Below are positions 57,472-64,000 of a stretch of 64,000 bases of DNA, piece by piece. Source of the stretch: Eledone cirrhosa (lineage: Eukaryota); contig OZ024740.1 in assembly GCA_964016885.1 (NCBI GenBank), forward strand, positions 117,862,001-117,926,000. The letters run 5' to 3'. The notes below the pieces were generated by a model. That model was not told the origin of the DNA. It was given only the letters and a program-made list of their open reading frames with translations, and did no database searches. How positions within the stretch are numbered: position 1 is the stretch's first letter; every line of letters starts with the position of its first letter. The position numbers and the translations under genes are program-made.

Positions 57472-57478
57472 TAAATCC

Positions 57479-57690
<212 letters not shown>

Positions 57691-58057
57691 ATATATATAT
57701 ATATATTTATATAAAATTGAAAAAGTGGAGAATAACATGGTCAACAGTACAAAAAAGGGGATTTATTTACAGTCTAACAATTGTTTCACTGATAAAGATG
57801 TCGAAAAATTGCTGAACACTAGAAGCAGTGCCACTCAATTTTAAATACAATGTTAGCTCGATCAGATCTTCGGAAACTTTTATACAAATACAAAATATAT
57901 ATAACCGGCAAATTAAACAAATTCAAATTACATCATCAATAATAATATAAATAATAAAGATAGAGAGAGAAAAGAAGGAAGAAATGCAGATAGATACAGT
58001 AAAGAAAGAAAGGAAAGGAAAAAGAAAAAAATGGAAAAAGAAATGATTACAAATAGA

Positions 58058-58440
58058 TGCCTAGAGACAAATATACTATACCTATGTTCTATAAATCCAG
58101 GTAGCTTAGCATGGCATTACATTGGTTCCACAGCTGGGGAGTTGAAGAAAAGGTGGTACGTACATAGACACTCTATGATTAACAGGAATCTCTTAAATAC
58201 ATCGACTCTCGCCAATAAAATGTGGCAACTCAAGGATGCAAACATGGAATATAAAATCAGCTGGACCACGCTTATAAAAAGCAAGAGTCTATCAAATTGG
58301 TATTTCCCACTGCGGTCTCTGAAATATGGAACTTTTCCAAATTTTAAATTACAACAAAATGCTTCTTAACAGTAAAATTGAAAGAACTATCTTTTGCCGA
58401 CATAAACCGGCGACAAAATTTCAAAACTTAGACCAGCTTA
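58058..58440 (+). pseudogene. GIY-YIG endonuclease remnant (PLE-type)
   Basis: CLETNILYLC...YIGSTAGELKKRWYVH...TLANKMWQLKD...ISWTTL, continuing after a frameshift as LLNSKIE..FCRHK. Confidence 0.7.
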
Positions 58441-59917
58441 ATTCCATCTTATCTATTCCATAACCCAGATTGTACCACCTAGATCTATTGTTATATCACA
58501 TTATCAGCATCAACATCATCATGATTATGATTATAATTATAATTGTCATCATCTATCAAAGAACAGCATCAAAACCTCTTATATTTACACTCTTATTTTA
58601 TATATATCTATCTTTCACTCTCTATATTTATATTTCTCTCCCTTAATTTATATAATATAAATTAAAACTAATTAATTTATTTATTTATTAAAATAACCAA
58701 TACACACATAAATATATTTAACATTATCATATGTTTACCTTCATATCTCTCCTTATATTTTAACAATACTCAAAAACCACTCTCAATAATTTTAATATGT
58801 TTAAATATTCTTCGCACATCTTTACTTCTTTTACGTACTTATTTTCATACTTCATTTTTCACATTTTATACCATTTTATATCATATTAGATATAATTTAC
58901 TTGTGTGTGTGTGTGTTGGGAGATGATTAGTAGAAATGGAGGAGGGAGTTCTGTGAGTGTTTGGGTGTTATGTAAGTGTGTGTGTATCTGTATGTGGGGA
59001 GTATGGTTAGCATGTTAAGATGGAGAGAATATATATATTTGTGTGAGTGTGTGTAGGAAAATGATTCCGTTAGTAGAAATGGGGGAGGGAGTATGTGTGT
59101 CTGTGGGTGGGGTGGGTGGGGGTGTTAGCATGTTAAGGTGTTAGAGTATTAACGTATCTTAAGGTTTATTTAGTTCTGGTTTTTATTTTCTAAAGTAGGT
59201 GTTATGTGTGTGTGTATGTATGTGTCTGTTTGGATGGTTAGCATGTTATGGTGTTGACATAATGTATATTAAACTATATTTAATGCTGGAACACACACAC
59301 ACACACACTCACACACAGAAGCACACAAATAAACATACATATCTCTACTTTCTTTATTTCAATAGAAAGTCTGAATTCTGACACCCCAGCGAACCAGCCA
59401 CATTCACTGAACCAGAACAATTCTCCCCGTCCCATTTCTCTTGACCATTATCTTTTGTTTGACACAAAATTCTCTAAAAGACTACAAAATAAATTCCAAA
59501 ATACGGGCGCGAAATTTAATGAACTTGTTCACGTGATAGTCATAATTTCATTTATAAGCAATCAAATTACATGAAAAAAAAAAAGCCTTCGCGAGACACT
59601 TTTTTTAAGTAAAAAGAAAATCAAACAAACTGGCGCTAAAGCTGATGTGCTTATTCACGTGACTGCATCAACCAACCAAACTTCACTCATATATGAAAAA
59701 ACACCCTGAGTCCCCCCCCCCCCTTCTTTTTTGTTAAAGGCAAATATAATAAGAACTTTCCCCGCCTTTGTTTGAAGAACTTTGTAACGCGAACTGGCGA
59801 GAAATGTATTATATTTATTCATCAACCAATCAAATTACTTCTCTAAAAACCTGGCATTTCGAGCCACCTTTTGCCATATAAAACAAGTAACATTCAAAGA
59901 CCAACCATCTCAACTTT

Positions 59918-59956
59918 ACTTTTGAAAAGCAGAAGAACTGAGAAACCGGTAAAGGA
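59918..59956 (+). ncRNA. Minimal hammerhead, U3-A8 core variant
   Basis: actt-TTGAAAA-gcag aagaa ctga-GAAA-ccgg-TA-aagg. The region 59905-60023 is the reverse complement of ~39160-39283. Confidence 0.6.
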
Positions 59957-60143
59957 ACCAAATAAATATATATATTAAAAGAAAAAAGACTCCAGTTGCA
60001 TTTTCGATTTCATCTTTTTTCTTAATGTATATATATATATTTGTGTATATATATGTATATATATATATTTGTATGTATGTATGTATGTATGTAAGTATGT
60101 ATGTATGTATGTATGTATGTATGTATGTATGTATGTATGTATG

Positions 60144-60212
<69 letters not shown>

Positions 60213-60214
<2 letters not shown>

Positions 60215-60283
60215 CAAAGGAATTGTGGTAAGGAGCCAGATGGACCATAACGCACCAGAGTACTCAATACTTAGGGTAGTAGA
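60213..60283 (-). mobile_element. Family F 3' tail fragment
   Basis: Reverse complement matches ctctactaccctaagtattgagtactctggtgcgttatggtcca. Confidence 0.7.
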
Positions 60284-60318
60284 GTATATAAATGTGTGTG
60301 TGTGTATATGTATGTATG

Positions 60319-60358
<40 letters not shown>

Positions 60359-60429
60359 CATACATATACACACACATATATATATATATACATACATATA
60401 TACATACATACATACGCACATACATACAT

Positions 60430-61885
60430 AACAAAACAGTGGCTCACAATGTGTTTGCTGTGACTGTCCTAACACCAACGTTTGAAATACTCAATTGGAC
60501 GATAGACGAAATCCGAACAGTTGATGTTGGAACTCGAAAAATACTGAACAACACCGGAAATTTCCACATCAACAGTGAAATAGACCGCCTTTACTTGAAA
60601 CGTAAGCAGGGAGGCAGAGGCCTAACATCAGTCCAGACAACATTTGAATGTCGCATCTTATCTCTCCGACAACATCTACGAACCTCGAAGCGTAGGAGCC
60701 CGCTTCTTGAGCAAGTCTATCTGCATGAAACAGATGAGATCATGAGAGTTGGGAAGGAACTCCTTGAGAGATATTCCCTGTGTGATTATCAAAAACTCAC
60801 ACACAGGGAAGTCGCTCAGCAGTATCGCAGTGAATCCATGGATGAAAAACTGCAAGCCTATCAGCAAAAAATCATGCATGGATATGTTGCCAGGAAGCTT
60901 AGAGTGAGAGTAATATAGGTAAGGAAATTAGTCTATCTTGGATCAACAACCGCTATATTGGCTCCCACTTTGAAGGATATGCTTTTGCAATCCAAGAACA
61001 GGAGATTAGCACGAAATACCTGATTCATAAAAGAGATAGGGATGCAGGCAAAACACCTAGATGTGATAACAAGTGCAGATTCTGCAGAACTAACATTGAG
61101 GATATCACCCACCCATGTCATCAGCAGCTGCCCAAAGATGTCATTGCGGTACTATTAACCTATGAGGCATGATGTGGCCAAAACACTGTACAATGCAGTT
61201 CGTAAAAAAGATGGCCCCGATATTAAACACATTAAAAGCTACAACAATGTGGAAGACATCCATGTACATAATATGAAAGACTACTGGTGGAATGTTCCAG
61301 TAAAAACCCGAATAAAATGCAGGCATAACAGACGAGATATTATGATATGGGACAGGGAGAAGAAAACATGCACAGTAGTGGAAATTAGCTGCCCAGCAGA
61401 TGCCAATATAATATCAAAGATTAGCGAAAAGGAGAATATTTATGCAGAAATGATGAGAAATCTGCACATACTCCACCCTGATTACACCTTCAGATTTATG
61501 CCTGTGATTATTGGGGCACTGGGATATGTTAGTAACTGCCCCAATACAAATCTTGAGAAGCTAGGCTTCACAGGAACAGAAAGAACACAACTAGTTAGGA
61601 AACTACAAGTACAATCCATTAATGGAACAGTAAAAATATGTAAAACATTCCAAAAATGTTGCATCTAATAACTGCATATACACATGTACAGATACAAAGC
61701 ATATACACATGCACACATACAACTCAAAATATACACATCCACACATACAATAACATCCATATCTACACATGCATGCATACATACATATCTACCTAGTTGA
61801 TGTTGTGTAAATTCCAATGAGAGAGTCTTGTGTCTATGTTAGAAACCGAGTCTCTCTCTATTGGTAAAAGGCAGAATTCTAGGAG
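60430..61885 (+). mobile_element. 5'-truncated, decayed R4-like RLE non-LTR retrotransposon (second family)
   Basis: IDRLYLKRKQGGRGL, AIQEQ, CRFC..H..SSC, RHDVAK, R.DIMIWD..VVEISCPAD..KENIY and PVIIGALG motifs; frameshifts present; (CATA)n context. Confidence 0.85.
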
Positions 61886-62297
61886 AAGGAAAACTCTGAT
61901 ATCACACCTGCAACTCTGATGGTATCCAATGATGTTGACTTGTTCTTCTTTTTGGTAAATATCATCTTGGTTAAGAGAGTGTGACTGGCTTTGTGCAGTG
62001 CCTTTGCTCCCTATAAAAGCTTCACGGCACAGGCATTGCTTTATATCTGGAGATCTCTCTGCACTTGTCGTCACATGGTACCATGGGCCCAGCACTATGT
62101 GTCAATAATTGTCACAAGTGTAGTGTTTGTACCAGAGTTTTCAAGTCGCTGGCTGGACTAAAAAGTCACACTAGTTCAGCGCATCGGTAGGGGTTCTCCT
62201 ACATGGATATAAAGTAGTCGCCGTTCTCGAATACGAGTTGGCAGCCACCAAATATATATATACATACATATATACATACATACGCACATACATACAA

Positions 62298-62330
<33 letters not shown>

Positions 62331-62343
62331 CATATATATACAT

Positions 62344-62380
<37 letters not shown>

Positions 62381-62516
62381 GGTGTGTATGTAGGTGTTTA
62401 TATATTTTTATATTTTTATATTTGTATGTCTGTGTATATATATATATGTATATACATATATATATATATTGAAAGGATAACAAGGACGATTGGTTACTCC
62501 TTCATTACATTTATTG

Positions 62517-62606
62517 GTAGGTGACGCGCGTTTCGCCACTGATCAGCTAAAGCTTCGATCTGTATCGATCCTACCCGACTCAATGATCGGCAGCTCGACG
62601 GACCCT
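62517..62606 (-). ncRNA. Hammerhead-like motif with long stem II and altered core
   Basis: Reverse complement: gggt-CCGTCGA-gctgccgatca...tgatcagtggc-GAAA-cgcgcg-TC-acct. A related fragment at ~56107-56160 has CCGACGA. Confidence 0.5.
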
Positions 62607-62704
62607 TTAAAATGCTATAAGAAAATGAAATACATGCTATGTGGTAAAGACAGAAGTTCAAGAGTTTGACAATATGAGTTGTCTTGATTGGTGGGAAGGA
62701 TCAA

Positions 62705-62980
62705 TGTATTGGCCTGTAGTGCATGTGGGGGTGGATGTGAAGATAAAATGTTGGTGACGGTCGTTGGCTGCGGTGGGCTGTGGTGTGGTGGTGGCGGATT
62801 GGCTTTGGCCCGTAGTGTATGTGGTGGTGGAGGAGATGATAAGATGTTGGTGACGGTCGCTGGCTGCGGTGGGCTGTGGTGTGGTGGTGGCGGATTGGCT
62901 TTGGCCTGTAGTGTATGTGGAGGTGGTTGTGATGATAAGATGATGGTGATGGTCGGTAACTGGGATGGGCTGTGATGTGG
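62705..62980. repeat. 96-bp GT-rich minisatellite, ~2.8 copies
   Basis: gtagtg.atgtgg.ggtgg...gataa.atgttggtgacggtcg recurs at 62716, 62812 and 62908. Confidence 0.85.
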
Positions 62981-63138
62981 GCTTAGTGTGTTGTCGGTAG
63001 ACGGGTGGGCGTGTGTGGGGTGTGGTTGTGGTGTTGTTGTTTCTGGTAGTGGCGTTTGAGGTGGTGTGGTGTATGTGTTGGTGGTGCCGAGCCCATGGGG
63101 AGATACATACCTAGACACTCTTAGTCTGACAAATACGT

Positions 63139-63199
<61 letters not shown>

Positions 63200-63516
63200 G
63201 TGCCTATATACTGACATATATACATATGTACACACCTACATACACACACATGCACGCGCCCACATAGATCCACACACACATATAGCTATATGCATATATA
63301 CACACCTGCATGTGCATGCGCGCGTGTGGATATATATAGAGTGGGGGAGTATCGGTGGCGTTGGCGTAGAACAAAGATAGAGGGAAGGTGAGAGCCAATG
63401 GGGATGGTGTTGTACCTATAGACATATACACACATACACACATACTGATATGCACACATACACGTACACACACGTATACATAAACATACACATACACACA
63501 TACATACATACATACA

Positions 63517-63548
<32 letters not shown>

Positions 63549-63558
63549 CACACATATG

Positions 63559-63630
<72 letters not shown>

Positions 63631-63633
<3 letters not shown>

Positions 63634-63831
63634 TTAATATAGATGAGATTCTACAGGACTAGAACTGTTTCATTCTTTAGAAATCATCAGGATTCTCAGT
63701 GATTCCTGATGATTTCTAAAGAATGAAACAGCTCTAGTCCTGTAGAATCTCATCTATATTAAAACCTTTATACTCTGCAATGTATTGAGTACCTTACTTA
63801 CTGTGGTTACCTCCGATTCAACACGGAATAA

Positions 63832-63834
<3 letters not shown>
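63631..63834. mobile_element. Palindromic mini-element with two divergent hammerheads, between (TA)n
   Basis: 63631-63765 is a near-perfect palindrome. Plus HHR at 63701-63749: gattc-CTGATGA-tttct aa agaat-GAAA-cag..ctg-TA-gaatc; mirror copy at 63647-63695(-). Confidence 0.85.
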
Positions 63835-63862
<28 letters not shown>

Positions 63863-64000
63863 CGTATTAATTATACTATTTATGGTTATGTAAATACAAG
63901 AACCTTTTGCAGTTATATATATATTTTTTTTTATACAAACCCTAAATAGTGGTAGGCAGTAATATATTACTACCTTATTACCAGTAAGTTAAGTAGCTCA

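Noticed and set aside
62615-63235. 206-aa Pro/His/Thr-rich ORF
   Set aside because: It starts in a microsatellite and runs through a minisatellite; a low-complexity artefact.

Overview
AT-rich eukaryotic (animal) genomic DNA made almost entirely of repeats and dense in (TA)n, (CA)n, (GA)n and (TACA)n microsatellites. The repeat content suggests a mollusc such as an octopus; this is inference and was not verified. I found no convincing host protein-coding gene. Content: (i) three tandem R4/Dong-like non-LTR retrotransposons (RT, CCHC knuckle, PD-(D/E)xK endonuclease) ending in (TAA)n at 1-10.3 kb, plus fragments of a second RLE-LINE family; (ii) a near-complete Penelope-like element (PLE; RT + GIY-YIG) at 34.6-37.5 kb and several truncated or inverted PLE fragments; (iii) tRNA-derived SINEs and Helitron-like pieces. 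The main signal is a set of unrelated non-coding units carrying minimal type I hammerhead ribozymes (HHRs). Three large near-identical tandem arrays (~560, 466 and 300 bp units, one HHR per unit) and roughly ten small inserts carry such motifs. The arrays and most small inserts sit between (TA)n tracts and consist of two divergent arms, with the ribozyme-sense strand pointing outward. In two arrays the inversion point lies at or beside the predicted self-cleavage site. This fits retrozyme-like (probably circular) RNAs copied by a PLE RT/endonuclease through twin-primed, rolling-circle-type reverse transcription into (TA)n. Several HHRs have the compensatory U3-A8 core (UUGAnAA). All RNA structures were read by eye; coordinates of degenerate elements are approximate.
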